Source: a virus | Taxonomy: Duplodnaviria; Heunggongvirae; Uroviricota; Caudoviricetes | IMG/VR virus record: IMGVR_UViG_3300028833_002293 | Span: 36,535 to 100,534 of that record | Length of the DNA: 64,000 nucleotides | Strand: one strand, 5' to 3' | In this document: one piece after another, positions 31,578 through 41,570 of the stretch | Layout of the letters: each line of letters opens with the position of its first letter | Numbering within the stretch: the stretch's first letter is position 1 | Position numbers and translations under genes: made by a program | The notes under the pieces: model-generated | What the model was told of the DNA's origin: nothing | Seen by the model: only the letters and a program-made list of their open reading frames with translations | The model's database searches: none

Positions 31578-32414
31578 TCATCGTCTAACGTTCCACATCT
31601 GATTGGTGCTGCCACCACCGACAAGGACATCAATATTAGCACCTTGTTTTTCTGCAATGGTCTCAATCCACTTCAAGCTAATAAAATCAGCTGCGCTCAA
31701 ATGCATTTCCTCCATATATGCCTTATCAGCCTTTGCTCTCTGACGTTCAGCCTTTTCACGCGCCATTTGAACCTCTGCCTCGCGGTCTTGCGTCTGTTTT
31801 GCTTGCACAGCCTTGGCAGTCTTGTTCATTTCCTCAAGCTGCTCCTTATTAGGAAGCGCCTTACCAATGGTGACTTGCTTTATAATTACTGGAAATTCCT
31901 TCTCCTTTGACAACTTCGCCACATAATCTTGCATTTGTTTCAAAACCTTTGCATCAATATCATTCAAAATTGCACGGTTGGACATAAGGTCAAAAGGACT
32001 ATGCTGAGAAATATGGTCTCTAACTAGGTTGCAATAATAGTTATAAAGGTTTGTGTCAAACCAAGCAGTACCATAATTCTGCAAAAGAATAGGAGACTTG
32101 CCCTTAATAATCTGAGTGATGATAATCGTATGAAAATCAAGTGGAGTATTGTCATCGGAGAACAAGTCATCCATATCCACTTGGTGTTTAAAAGGCACAA
32201 TCTTAAACGTCTCGGTGTCAGTTGACCACCAAATCCATTCCAAACCCGTCTCTACTGGCTTCTCTTGTACACCACCATGACCCAAGAACCAAGGCTTGTC
32301 AATCAAGACGGTTTCCTCGTCAGCATCAACTGTGGTGCAACCAATACACGATGTCATCGTCAAACTCAACATTGCTACGAGAGCAATCGAAAACATTGCT
32401 AAAATTTTCTTCAT
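31578..32414 (-). CDS. lipoprotein, function unknown
   Basis: 278 aa; signal peptide plus Cys lipobox (LTMTSC). Confidence 0.5.
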   Translation of the reverse strand: MKKILAMFSIALVAMLSLTMTSCIGCTTVDADEETVLIDKPWFLGHGGVQEKPVETGLEWIWWSTDTETFKIVPFKHQVDMDDLFSDDNTPLDFHTIIITQIIKGKSPILLQNYGTAWFDTNLYNYYCNLVRDHISQHSPFDLMSNRAILNDIDAKVLKQMQDYVAKLSKEKEFPVIIKQVTIGKALPNKEQLEEMNKTAKAVQAKQTQDREAEVQMAREKAERQRAKADKAYMEEMHLSAADFISLKWIETIAEKQGANIDVLVGGGSTNQMWNVRR

Positions 32415-32456
32415 AATTTTTTATTCTTTAAATTAAAAGTTAAATAGTTCGATTTG

Positions 32457-32771
32457 TTAATAGAAAATACCTACCTCTACCTCAAGGGAAGACAAAGTAT
32501 TTGCGGTTACAAGCTCCTTATCAATGATGTTGATTTTTGCGTAGCCACAGTCACCGCCCTTAATGTAGATGCTACCATCTTTCTTACGCTTGACACTTTC
32601 ATTTTCCCAATCCTTGCGGTCTTCCTCGTCATCGAAATTGTAATCCTCAAGAATCTTTTCGTAAACTTTCTCTACTACAGCCTTGGCTGTCTCCTTACTG
32701 TCACAAGGGATGACATCAGTACTTACATCATAGTCATCGCTGTCGAAAAACATTGTTTCTACTACAATCAT
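32457..32771 (-). CDS. hypothetical acidic protein
   Basis: 104 aa ORF; promoter 32819..32855. Confidence 0.45.
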   Translation of the reverse strand: MIVVETMFFDSDDYDVSTDVIPCDSKETAKAVVEKVYEKILEDYNFDDEEDRKDWENESVKRKKDGSIYIKGGDCGYAKINIIDKELVTANTLSSLEVEVGIFY

Positions 32772-32860
32772 TGTTTTTTATTATTTAAAGTTAATACTAT
32801 GTTGTTCTCAAATTCGATGCAAAGATATGAAAAATAATTGAAATACCCAAATTATTAATG

Positions 32861-33244
32861 TTAATCTTTCTTAATGGGGCAAACTTTTGGCTTATCCTCT
32901 GTGATGGTATCAACAACCCATTGGATAAAATCATCTTGAATTTTTGCCGCATCAGTAGGATTAAGACCGTATCCACCACTTCCAGTTAACGCACCCCAAC
33001 CACGAACCATAATGAGGATTCCGCTGACATAAAGCCTATCTTTATCAACATTAATATCAGCCTTATCGTATTTTTCAGCTATCTCACCATTAAGCAAACC
33101 AACGATGTGATTCATGTGTGTTTGAGCCTTATCTCCAAATGCAGTAAAAGTTTTAATTCCGTTACTACTATATGCATATATGTTAAAGTCCGCAATTCTA
33201 AACGGTGGCGCATATACATCTTTAAATGTCAATTTCTCTTTCAT
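32861..33244 (-). CDS. hypothetical protein (start trimmed to an internal Met because the ORF's 5' part reads through a tRNA)
   Basis: ORF 32861..33307 begins with GSNPSS, i.e. translation of a tRNA T-arm; second Met at 33244. Confidence 0.45.
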   Translation of the reverse strand: MKEKLTFKDVYAPPFRIADFNIYAYSSNGIKTFTAFGDKAQTHMNHIVGLLNGEIAEKYDKADINVDKDRLYVSGILIMVRGWGALTGSGGYGLNPTDAAKIQDDFIQWVVDTITEDKPKVCPIKKD

Positions 33245-33247
33245 AGT

Positions 33248-33323
33248 TGCAGAGGATGGATTCGAACCAACGACCTCCCTCGTTATGAACAAGGGCGAGC
33301 TGACCAAAACTGCTCTACTCTGC
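33248..33323 (-). tRNA. tRNA with CAU anticodon (Met/Ile2-type), slightly irregular stems
   Basis: reverse complement: GCAGAGT..GAGCAGTTTTGGTCAGCTC..CCTTG-TTCATAA-CGAGG..GTTGG-TTCGAAT-CCATC-CTCTGC-A. Confidence 0.5.
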
Positions 33324-33746
33324 GGACGCTATCTGTTTATTACGTCTATTATAGCAAAGACCTAAGTACTTAGAATGAAATCGAACTTTCAAAAGGCAAT
33401 GGCCTGTCACCTAATGACTCAGATTCCATCGTGGACCAGGTAGGGCTTGAACCTACGTGTAACCAATTACGGTTTCAACTGCTTATGAGGCAGAGCCGAT
33501 ACAAGTCCAAATTGCCAAAGGAACTTTCAGATTAATTCTATCGTATATGCCGTGCTTTACGCCTAGTCTCAACACATTTAAGCCATAATCTCACCGTTTA
33601 TGTCACACATACGAATCCTATGTTAGACTCTCTTTGGCTATGATTTTATTCAATAGTAGTCTTCATCATCATGAAGGCCTATCATAATTTATTTTTTTAG
33701 TTTCGTGATGCAAAGATACGAAAAAAAATTGAGATTACCAAATATT

Positions 33747-34184
33747 TTAAAGTTTTTTAAGCTTTAAATAAAAAAATAGCCCAACCCCCAGTATAATTGA
33801 CAACATGCATACTAATACAATAGTAGCTAAGATACCAAGTAATGTCATGGATAGTTTAAGAAGGTTACTAATAAAACCGTTAAAGTCTTTTTCAAATTCT
33901 TTTTGTTCGGCTTCTTTCTTCGCTTTTTCTGCTGCTTCCTCTCTTTTCTTTATCTCTTTCCTAATGGAGTCATTTTTGGAATTACTTATTGGAATTAGGT
34001 TAAGTTCATCTACCTTAAATCCTAATTGAACCTTGTGTTCATCATTGAAGATAAGGTATTCTGTTCCATCTTTATCTTTAACCTTATTTCCTTTAAGCCA
34101 AAAGGTATCACCATAAGCCAATAAAGAAAATGACACCACAATTGTTATGAATACAATAGTCCAAAATTTTCTAACAGTAATCAT
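33747..34184 (-). CDS. membrane protein with coiled-coil / Lys-Glu-rich segment
   Basis: 145 aa; N- and C-terminal TM segments. Confidence 0.45.
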   Translation of the reverse strand: MITVRKFWTIVFITIVVSFSLLAYGDTFWLKGNKVKDKDGTEYLIFNDEHKVQLGFKVDELNLIPISNSKNDSIRKEIKKREEAAEKAKKEAEQKEFEKDFNGFISNLLKLSMTLLGILATIVLVCMLSIILGVGLFFYLKLKKL

Positions 34185-34222
34185 ATTGGCAAAAAATTAT
34201 TCTAGTAGAAATAAAAAACCAC

Positions 34223-34594
34223 TTAGTAACTCATGCGTGAGGGAATACATCCCCTCACACCCCCTCTTGGGTCTTCAACATCACCATCATACCTTGGTAT
34301 AATATGAATGTGGCAGTGCATCACGGTTTGTCCAGCACTCTTACCACAATTAACACCAATGTTATAACCACTTGGATGATACTTATCATCAAGTATTCCT
34401 TTAACGTGGTCAACTGCGCCAACAAGAGCACCCAATTCCACTTGGTTTAAATCAAAATAAGTTTCACAATGTCTTTTGGGAATTAATAGGGCATGCCCTT
34501 CCGAGACTGGATAACCATCTAAAATAGCCACCCATAAAGAATCTTGATAGACTATTCTATCTTCTTTGATGCCACAAAATACACAACCTTCCAT
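34223..34594 (-). CDS. HIT-family nucleotide hydrolase
   Basis: 123 aa; histidine-triad motif HCHIHIIP. Confidence 0.65.
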   Translation of the reverse strand: MEGCVFCGIKEDRIVYQDSLWVAILDGYPVSEGHALLIPKRHCETYFDLNQVELGALVGAVDHVKGILDDKYHPSGYNIGVNCGKSAGQTVMHCHIHIIPRYDGDVEDPRGGVRGCIPSRMSY

Positions 34595-35094
34595 TATTCT
34601 TCTACGGTTATACGTTTAATCTCACCAATTGCAATGTCCAAAGCCTCATTGATAGCTGTTTCTATGTTCTGACCTCGCAACCCATCAACATTGATTTTGC
34701 TATATTTGAAATCAACTTTTTTGTCGGTTAATGTAGCCACACAAATCCAAACCGTATTATCTGGGTCTTCATCAGCCGCCATAGGTGGAACTACGTTACC
34801 CACAACAGCCACACAAACGTCCACATTAAGCTTATAAATACCGTTGAGAGCCATTTGGCAAGCTGCTTGGGAACTAACAAGCCCATTGTTTTTAAACACG
34901 TTGTGAGAGACTTCTAGCATTTTCTCCATGTGGTCTGCATCGACTGTAACAATTGTACCACCATAAACGGTTGAAAGACCACACATGCTTGAGATTGATG
35001 CACCAAGCAAACCACTAGTGCAATGCTCAACAGTTCCGATGGTTAGACCAGCGTTCAGAAGCTCTAATCCTAATACTTTTAATTTATCCCTCAT
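34594..35094 (-). CDS. CinA C-terminal domain protein (PncC-type NMN deamidase)
   Basis: 166 aa; LTIGTVEHCTSGLLGASIS matches the CinA/PncC signature. Confidence 0.55.
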   Translation of the reverse strand: MRDKLKVLGLELLNAGLTIGTVEHCTSGLLGASISSMCGLSTVYGGTIVTVDADHMEKMLEVSHNVFKNNGLVSSQAACQMALNGIYKLNVDVCVAVVGNVVPPMAADEDPDNTVWICVATLTDKKVDFKYSKINVDGLRGQNIETAINEALDIAIGEIKRITVEE

Positions 35095-35476
35095 TTTTTA
35101 TTTCCATTTTTTTACCATACAATTCCATCTGTACTTTCAACATCCTTTTGTTGATGTCTTGACGCTGTTTTCTTAATTCATCTATAACATGGTTATATGC
35201 CTCTTCTTTATTGAGATATATCTTAGTGTAACCACAATCATATACGGTAGACTTAAGTATGTTAACACCACGATTATAATATCCACCGTCAAAATATATT
35301 GTGTGGAATATATTTTCTTGGCATCTTCCCAATTTATCAACTAATGTGAGGTCTAATGAATTGTCATTATAGCGACTTATAGATACTTTACCCCTTTTAG
35401 CTTTTATGGTATTACCTTTAACTTCATAGTAATCTATGATTTGTCCTTCCATTTGTTTTAAATCATCAAATGTCAT
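35084..35476 (-). CDS. hypothetical protein
   Basis: 130 aa ORF; promoter 35504..35542. Confidence 0.5.
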   Translation of the reverse strand: MTFDDLKQMEGQIIDYYEVKGNTIKAKRGKVSISRYNDNSLDLTLVDKLGRCQENIFHTIYFDGGYYNRGVNILKSTVYDCGYTKIYLNKEEAYNHVIDELRKQRQDINKRMLKVQMELYGKKMEIKNEG

Positions 35477-35569
35477 TACCTAATAATTTTATAATTTCAC
35501 TTTTTGCAAATATATAAAAAAAAATTGAACCAACCAAATAATTGATTCAATCTTAAACTTATTTAACAG

Positions 35570-36124
35570 TTAGTAGTTTACATTTTGCTTGCAAATAAAC
35601 ATAGGCAAATCTAATTTTTTAAAACATTGATTAACAGTTAAAATTAAAATGTCTCTAAGTTCATTTTCAAACCAAAATTTCATTATATTTTCTTCTTGCT
35701 CATGTGATGCGCCCAAATTTTTCCAATATTTGGTTTTGTGTATTTTATTTATATTGTAATAATGATTGCTACCGTCATATAAATCATCGCCTAAAGAAAT
35801 TACTTTATTCTCATCTATTTTGAAATAAAATGATATGAACGATTGCCTATAATTTTTATCACTTAAAACTGTTTTCGTGTTTATTAAAAATGCTTTTTTC
35901 CATTTAAACAGTTTAAAAGGTTCAACAACATATTCGTTATAATATAAATAATAATAGGGGTTGCTTATTATACAATTAATGCGGTCTAAAAATTTAAATA
36001 CCAAAGGAGCTATAGGACTTAATGGGATAAACAAAAGATAATCCCCAGATACAAAATCCACATAGTCAGCCCCGTAAATTAGTTTACTTTTATTTTCAGT
36101 GTATAATTCTGTAAAATTTTCCAT
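35570..36124 (-). CDS. hypothetical protein
   Basis: 184 aa ORF. Confidence 0.5.
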   Translation of the reverse strand: MENFTELYTENKSKLIYGADYVDFVSGDYLLFIPLSPIAPLVFKFLDRINCIISNPYYYLYYNEYVVEPFKLFKWKKAFLINTKTVLSDKNYRQSFISFYFKIDENKVISLGDDLYDGSNHYYNINKIHKTKYWKNLGASHEQEENIMKFWFENELRDILILTVNQCFKKLDLPMFICKQNVNY

Positions 36125-36322
36125 GTGTTATAACTTGAGACGATAATTGGTAATAATATATAATAGGTTTACCTGTACCAACCTTAAAGGTATCCTCTTA
36201 TCCATCAAGGAACTAGGGCAAGGGACTAATCCTCGCACCGCATTACTGCTTGTCTGCCATTTCTTACGTGGCTTGCGCTGTCTAACACATTTAAATCCTC
36301 AATATGAGAATACCAGCCGTAG

Positions 36323-36413
36323 TGAGCGTAGTAGGATTCGAACCCACGGTGAACTTTCTCAAGCCCATGCTAGTTTTAGGGACTAGTGCTTTAAACCACT
36401 CAGCCATACGCCC
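36323..36413 (-). tRNA. class-II tRNA with CUA anticodon - candidate amber (UAG) suppressor
   Basis: reverse complement: GGGCGTA/TACGCTC acceptor (one G-U) + A73; anticodon arm CTAGT-CCCTAAA-ACTAG, so anticodon CTA; ~20-nt variable region; T-arm GTGGG-TTCGAAT-CCTAC. Confidence 0.5.
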
Positions 36414-36421
36414 ATTATCTA

Positions 36422-36736
36422 TTATTCTGAAAGTCTTTTCAACTTATTGTTCAAAACAAGCAGCATACCTTCAGCAAGAAGCTTTTCATCTGTATGTCTC
36501 TGGATTGCCTCTTTCAACCTCTCTATTGCCACTTTCTTGGCTTCTTCTTCACTCTCATACACAAGTTGCCCATTAACGAGATAATCACCGTTCTCAAGGT
36601 CGGTTCTACCGATTTTGAACTTGGGTCTAGTTTTACCATCGTTAATAGGTTCTTTGACTACTTTTGATTCTATGACATCGTAGCCATTTATGTATATGGC
36701 AGTATCGCCAACATTTAAACTTGCTGCTTTTTTCAT
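36422..36736 (-). CDS. hypothetical protein
   Basis: 104 aa ORF; promoter 36739..36775. Confidence 0.5.
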   Translation of the reverse strand: MKKAASLNVGDTAIYINGYDVIESKVVKEPINDGKTRPKFKIGRTDLENGDYLVNGQLVYESEEEAKKVAIERLKEAIQRHTDEKLLAEGMLLVLNNKLKRLSE

Positions 36737-36738
36737 AT

Positions 36739-36775
36739 TGCAAAGATACGAAAAAAAGTTGAATTATCCAAATTT
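36739..36775 (-). promoter_or_regulatory. Bacteroidota-type promoter (full consensus copy)
   Basis: ttgcaaagatacgaaaaaaagttgaattatccaaat. Confidence 0.6.
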
Positions 36776-36787
36776 TTTAGGAATTTT

Positions 36788-37567
36788 TTACAATTCAATA
36801 TGTAATTCTTCTAATCTTTTCTCTCTTATCTTAGTGAAAATCTTCTCAGCATCACTTTTAGACATTTTATTTGGAATCTTAAAAAGCCAACCATGAGCAT
36901 AATAATCTCTAGTCTTACAATTTTCTTTATCCCAAATTCTATCAGTATGTGTATAATGAACTTTTATATCATTTTCTACAAGTTCCCAGTTACTGTTTTT
37001 TAATAATGCTATTTTTTCTTTTTCATATAATGGTGCTGTTTTTCTTCTAGCAGTCCATCTACCATCTTCGTTCTGGTCAAACCCATATGTCTTATCACAA
37101 CTCAGTGAGCCATAGAACACATATTTAATATCAGTGCCACATAAACAAGCGTTGATGAACTCACTCATTTCAGTAAGCACATCTTCTTTTATATAAGTCT
37201 TTTTACTTCTTTTGACCAAATATAAAATGTTCTTATGTGGGTATTTACTAGTATTGTCATCATGCCTAATTCCACTGTAAGAGCAGTCATAATTTCTTAT
37301 TGGGAACAAACTTCTTAATGCTCTAAATATGGTAGGCGCAACAGCGCAATCAAACCTACGTGATATTTGACACCACACAACATCCCACCAGAATACCTCT
37401 TTGATAGGCTCTTTATTCCACCAAGGATGATACATGCTATGATATTTAGAATAGGCAGTAACCTTACTTATCATTGAGCATATTTTATTCTCATGCTTGG
37501 TAAGCTTTTTAGTATATTTATGTTGCGTCTCTCCAATCCAAGGCGCATTTCTCCAAAATCCACTCAT
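36788..37567 (-). CDS. hypothetical protein
   Basis: 259 aa ORF. Confidence 0.55.
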   Translation of the reverse strand: MSGFWRNAPWIGETQHKYTKKLTKHENKICSMISKVTAYSKYHSMYHPWWNKEPIKEVFWWDVVWCQISRRFDCAVAPTIFRALRSLFPIRNYDCSYSGIRHDDNTSKYPHKNILYLVKRSKKTYIKEDVLTEMSEFINACLCGTDIKYVFYGSLSCDKTYGFDQNEDGRWTARRKTAPLYEKEKIALLKNSNWELVENDIKVHYTHTDRIWDKENCKTRDYYAHGWLFKIPNKMSKSDAEKIFTKIREKRLEELHIEL

Positions 37568-37775
37568 AATCTAAATTAATTTAAAAATACTAAGGCTACC
37601 CTCCATATTTCTTTGTCTCTGGTAGTCATGGCGTACTCTTCTGCTAACATTTGTACCATTATATCTACTGTCGCTACTTCTTGCAAGTGTAGTGGTAGCA
37701 GTCTCCCTTTCGCCTTAGTATTTATTGTGAAAAAAAGCACTATAAGCAAGAGCCTACAGTGCTTTTTATATTCTA

Positions 37776-38075
37776 TCAATCTTCGGTAACAATATCTAGA
37801 TTCTTGAATAGCTCTTCGTGACCGTGTACTGCAATTGCAGTAATTTTATTATCTAAATCTGGTTCCATAAAAACAGAGTAGTCGATACCTAGAAGCTCAA
37901 GTCTTCTTTTCCACTGTTTTACATCAGCCCTCAAGTAAATAAGATATTCGTTCTCCCATTGGCGGCTATATTTGTGCTCAAGCATCCATTGTGCTACAGC
38001 ATGACCTCCTTGTACACAACCATACACTGGTTTTAATGTCTTGTCAATTAAGACATAAAGCTTATTTTTAATCAT
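37776..38075 (-). CDS. hypothetical protein
   Basis: 99 aa ORF. Confidence 0.45.
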   Translation of the reverse strand: MIKNKLYVLIDKTLKPVYGCVQGGHAVAQWMLEHKYSRQWENEYLIYLRADVKQWKRRLELLGIDYSVFMEPDLDNKITAIAVHGHEELFKNLDIVTED

Positions 38076-38379
38076 TTTCAGTTGAAGTATATTTGTTATA
38101 AATGTTAATCACTGCGTTTTTAAACGCTGGGATAGCATAACTATCAGTCATATCACCGCCACTTACGCCCCAGCGACCACTATATAACATTTTATAACAA
38201 CGGTTTCTTACTTCTTCCTCAAGATACTTGTCTCGCTCTTCACCCTCAATACGATGCTTAAAAATGTAATAAGCAACATAATCTTCGTGAGAATGTTCGC
38301 AATCAGCTTTAATGTACTCCTTAAACTTAAGATACTGTTCTCTAGTGGTGGCTTCGTTTGTAAAAATTTTCTTTTCCAT
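38068..38379 (-). CDS. hypothetical protein
   Basis: 103 aa ORF. Confidence 0.45.
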   Translation of the reverse strand: MEKKIFTNEATTREQYLKFKEYIKADCEHSHEDYVAYYIFKHRIEGEERDKYLEEEVRNRCYKMLYSGRWGVSGGDMTDSYAIPAFKNAVINIYNKYTSTEND

Positions 38380-38687
38380 ATGATATATTTTTTAATTTGT
38401 TTATTATTATTAATGAATTTAAAATACTTCACTTATATTTCCCATCCAAACTAAAATATATCAGGACCACGAATTAGTTTCAGCTACCAAAACTCGCTAG
38501 AAACCTACCAAAAACTGTTTTTTCTCATAATGATAATTAATTTAAATTTGTTATTAAAAAACGGAAGCTTTTTTTCTAGAATAAATGATTATAAGTCAAG
38601 TCCTATAGAAATTTGCTGTTAGCTTCCTTGAAATGAAAATAAGGAGATTTCTCTCCACTCCTAAATTTAATATCTACGTTTTTTTGT

Positions 38688-38759
38688 TGCGGAAAATGGG
38701 AGTCGAACCCACTGTTTTTTGCTTATGAGACAAACGTGTAAGCCGTTTCACTCTTCCGC
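38688..38759 (-). tRNA. tRNA-Met/Ile2 (anticodon CAU)
   Basis: reverse complement: GCGGAAG-AG-GTG..CAC-G-TTTGT-CTCATAA-GCAAA..GTGGG-TTCGACT-CCCAT-TTTCCGC-A. Confidence 0.6.
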
Positions 38760-39063
38760 AATGTTAAAAAACCTACGGAGGTACTTTCTGGGAATCTGGC
38801 ATTCTCAACCGCCAAGGCTTTTTTTATCCACGAGGGGCTTGACATTGAGTGCTTCACTACACCATAAGAGTATTACTAAGTGTGTACCCTTGAGCCTAGA
38901 TGCGATTGCTCACATCCTTAGTCGCTGTTAATTCAGTTAACGCTACTCCACGCTTGTACCTCTACTCCTACATCGTAAGTTTATTGTTTAAGGTTTTGGA
39001 AACTGGTAGAGCCACACTACGAAACTCTCTACCTACTCATCGTAGCATTATTCCAAACCTTAG

Positions 39064-39136
39064 TGGAGACGGAGAGACTCGAACTCTCTAATATACCTTG
39101 CAAAAGTATCAGTTTAGCCTGTTAGCCTACGTCCCC
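39064..39136 (-). tRNA. tRNA-Ala (anticodon UGC); D-arm irregular
   Basis: reverse complement: GGGGACG..ATACT-TTTGCAA-GGTAT..GAGAG-TTCGAGT-CTCTC-CGTCTCC-A. Confidence 0.5.
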
Positions 39137-39272
39137 AGTGTAAAAATTGTTAGTTTTTTATACAGAACTAACAAACTGCATAGAGTTCTCAGCTTATTCG
39201 TCTTTGGTGTGCTCACTTTGAACCTCTTTTGTTAGTCAGAAGGAATTGAACCTTCATTACAACCATTTGACC

Positions 39273-39626
39273 TTAAAGAACTTCTACTACTTTTCCGTAG
39301 ATTTGGTTTCTACCTACCCATCCATTCATATGACCATGATTGTTACCAATTAGGTACTCACTATCATTTTTAATGGCATGGATTAAATGCAAATAATGAT
39401 GACCCCTCACCTTACAAAGAACAATGTTTTTTTTCTCAAGCTTAGTGCCATCTTTCACTGGCTCACAAATTACTGCTTGCCTCGATTTCAAGATAGGTGT
39501 CATAGAATTACCAATTCCAATCACCTTGCATGTCTCACCTGCTCTCAGATGGTTGCATGTCTCTTGGTTTTCAAAACCACTATAAGTAAAATCTCTCATA
39601 ATTAAAATTGTTAAGCGGTGGAGCAT
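39273..39626 (-). CDS. hypothetical protein
   Basis: 117 aa ORF embedded in the RNA-rich region. Confidence 0.45.
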   Translation of the reverse strand: MLHRLTILIMRDFTYSGFENQETCNHLRAGETCKVIGIGNSMTPILKSRQAVICEPVKDGTKLEKKNIVLCKVRGHHYLHLIHAIKNDSEYLIGNNHGHMNGWVGRNQIYGKVVEVL

Positions 39627-39744
39627 AGGAGAATCGAACTCCAGAGGTCAAAACAAATACACCTCACGTATGGTCTTCTTATGCACAAAACCGACCAGCA
39701 AGTCACCACCCAACGTGTTTTTATGCCCCATAGATTTTACTTAC

Positions 39745-40000
39745 TTGCAGGGACTGACGGACTCGAACCGCCATCGTTTATTAACAGTTAAAGGCACACT
39801 CTGTTCCGAAGTCGAGACTGCGTTATTCCTTAAATCGCAACAAATTACTCTTACCATTAAGCTAAATCCCTATATAAATACAAAAGACTGAGAATTTTGT
39901 CTTATTGTTGATGCCATTCTACAACGGTTGGACGTTGCTCTTCACACGCTACCTTACGATAGACGTAGACACCATGCACGGACGGTCTTGTGAAGACCAC
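39745..40000 (-). ncRNA. LSU (23S) rRNA-like fragment, domain IV region (equivalent to E. coli ~1880-2070), containing a tRNA-like T-arm and a 22-nt repeat
   Basis: minus strand reads ...CTGCACCGTAAGGTTTAA...TCGTAAGGTAGCG...GAATGGC...CAGTCTCGACTTCGGAACAGAGTGTGCCTTTAACT, colinear with 23S H67-H71 and the GACGGAAAGACCCCGUGAACCUUUACU segment. Confidence 0.4.
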
Positions 40001-40964
40001 CAAGAAACTTACTAGTTTAAACCTTACGGTGCAGCATCATAGCTTTCAGTTCTTCGCCAAGCTCTTGCGGATTCGTAGGATGCCTCCTACTGACTCAGAC
40101 GAGTACTTTTACACGCTCATTGATTTCCTTGCGAGTCCTCAATGTCTCAATATTGCATGAGAATAAGTGCATTTTAGCTGCCTAGTGTCGCACACTTTCG
40201 CTTTGAGTTATATTATCATTTTTGAAATCCTAATTCAAACCTTATTTGTGCAACGATTATGGAAGACGAGGTGCGACTGATAGCATTCGTACCTTTTGAG
40301 CACGACCCACTAAATCGCCTCCCTGTGAAAGCTCACCACAAGCAACTCACTATCACGTACTATCAGCTCCTATGAGTTCTTACGTCTTTCAACGTAAGAC
40401 TAGTACACAACTGAACCCAACACGCCAACTGGTGATTATTGCATCGAGTTCCGCATGGTAATCTTTTGTGTCACCACTCATCCAAAGACGTACCTTGCCC
40501 TTGGAAGCCTACACCAATGGTGTTACCCACAGCGTAGACCGTACCATGCGCTTTTCCGTGAAATGCCTTGAGAGCTTCGGCTCTCCAAACATCCGCAATG
40601 CCTAACCGTAACAAACAGCATCACGTTTATCCCATCACTGGATTATCCTTCCATCTGGCCACGAAAGCTGGCCATTAGCCTATGCCTTTTGCAAGACATT
40701 TCCTCTTGGAATCAGCTTATTCTTTTGGGTATTATTTCCATTTTGGATTATTATAATCAGTAAAGTGCTTCCTCTTACGAGGTGGGTCTCTATCCCAAGC
40801 TCCGATTCTTTACACCATCATAGAATACCTTCCCCAATTCATTTTTTTCTAGTACACGTTCTCTAGAATTATGGCTTCCGAAGTCACCATAGTTATGGAT
40901 TGTTTAACCACATAAAACCCACTTTTACCGTTGTCTACGGCACGAAAAGGCATTTAATGTTGGT

Positions 40965-41100
40965 AAGAGTAGATTTGCACTACTGAAGCCTCCTAAGAGA
41001 CACATCAAGCACGAACTTGATGCCCATTTGTCTACATCACCATCACTGGTGTTCTCCTCTGGTACTTACCAAAAGGTGGTTTTTTACTTTGTCCACCGCA
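40965..41100 (+). repeat. LSU rRNA-like segment (E. coli ~2240-2320 equivalent), copy 1 of a ~135-bp direct repeat
   Basis: plus strand reads CCTCCTAAGAGA..AAGCACGAAC..ACATCA..GGT, compared with CCUCCUAAAGAGUAACGGAGGAGCACGAAGGUUGG...GACAUCAGGAGGUUAG; second copy at 41440..41570. Confidence 0.35.
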
Positions 41101-41439
41101 AAAACTCTTTGCGTTAAGAATTAACGTATTGTTGATGAGGATTTTTCGAGTCAACAAATCATTCTAGACTAACTTGAAGACCTACCCACAGCTTCCTAGA
41201 CATTTTGCGCATTGTTCTAGTAAACACTAGCCTCATCACTACCGTTTTAGCTGCGAGATTCAATATTATTGCAGTATTGCAAAGGCTGATTCATTTTACA
41301 GAACCAATTTAATGGTAAAGGACATCTGCTATATTTCGTACAGTTGTATGTTTGTCGCAACCTCACTTTCCTCGCCAACCTTTACTGCCGATTGCACATG
41401 AACGTTTATACTGCTTAGTTGGTAGAGCTAGATTTGCAC

Positions 41440-41570
41440 TAGCGAAGACTCCGAAGAGCCACATCAAGCACGAACTTGATGCCCATTTGTCTACATCAAC
41501 CTAAAAGGTTGTTCTCCTCTGGTATCTACCAAAAGGTGGTTTTTTAACTTGTCCACCACAAGAATTGTTG
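41440..41570 (+). repeat. LSU rRNA-like segment, copy 2 of the direct repeat
   Basis: ~85% identical to 40965..41100. Confidence 0.35.

Noticed and set aside
39230-39305. tRNA-like call at GAAGG-AATTGAA-CCTTC
   Set aside because: It is a symmetric hairpin, but no acceptor-stem partner could be found on either strand. It is probably a simple stem-loop overlapping the 3' end of ORF 39273..39626.
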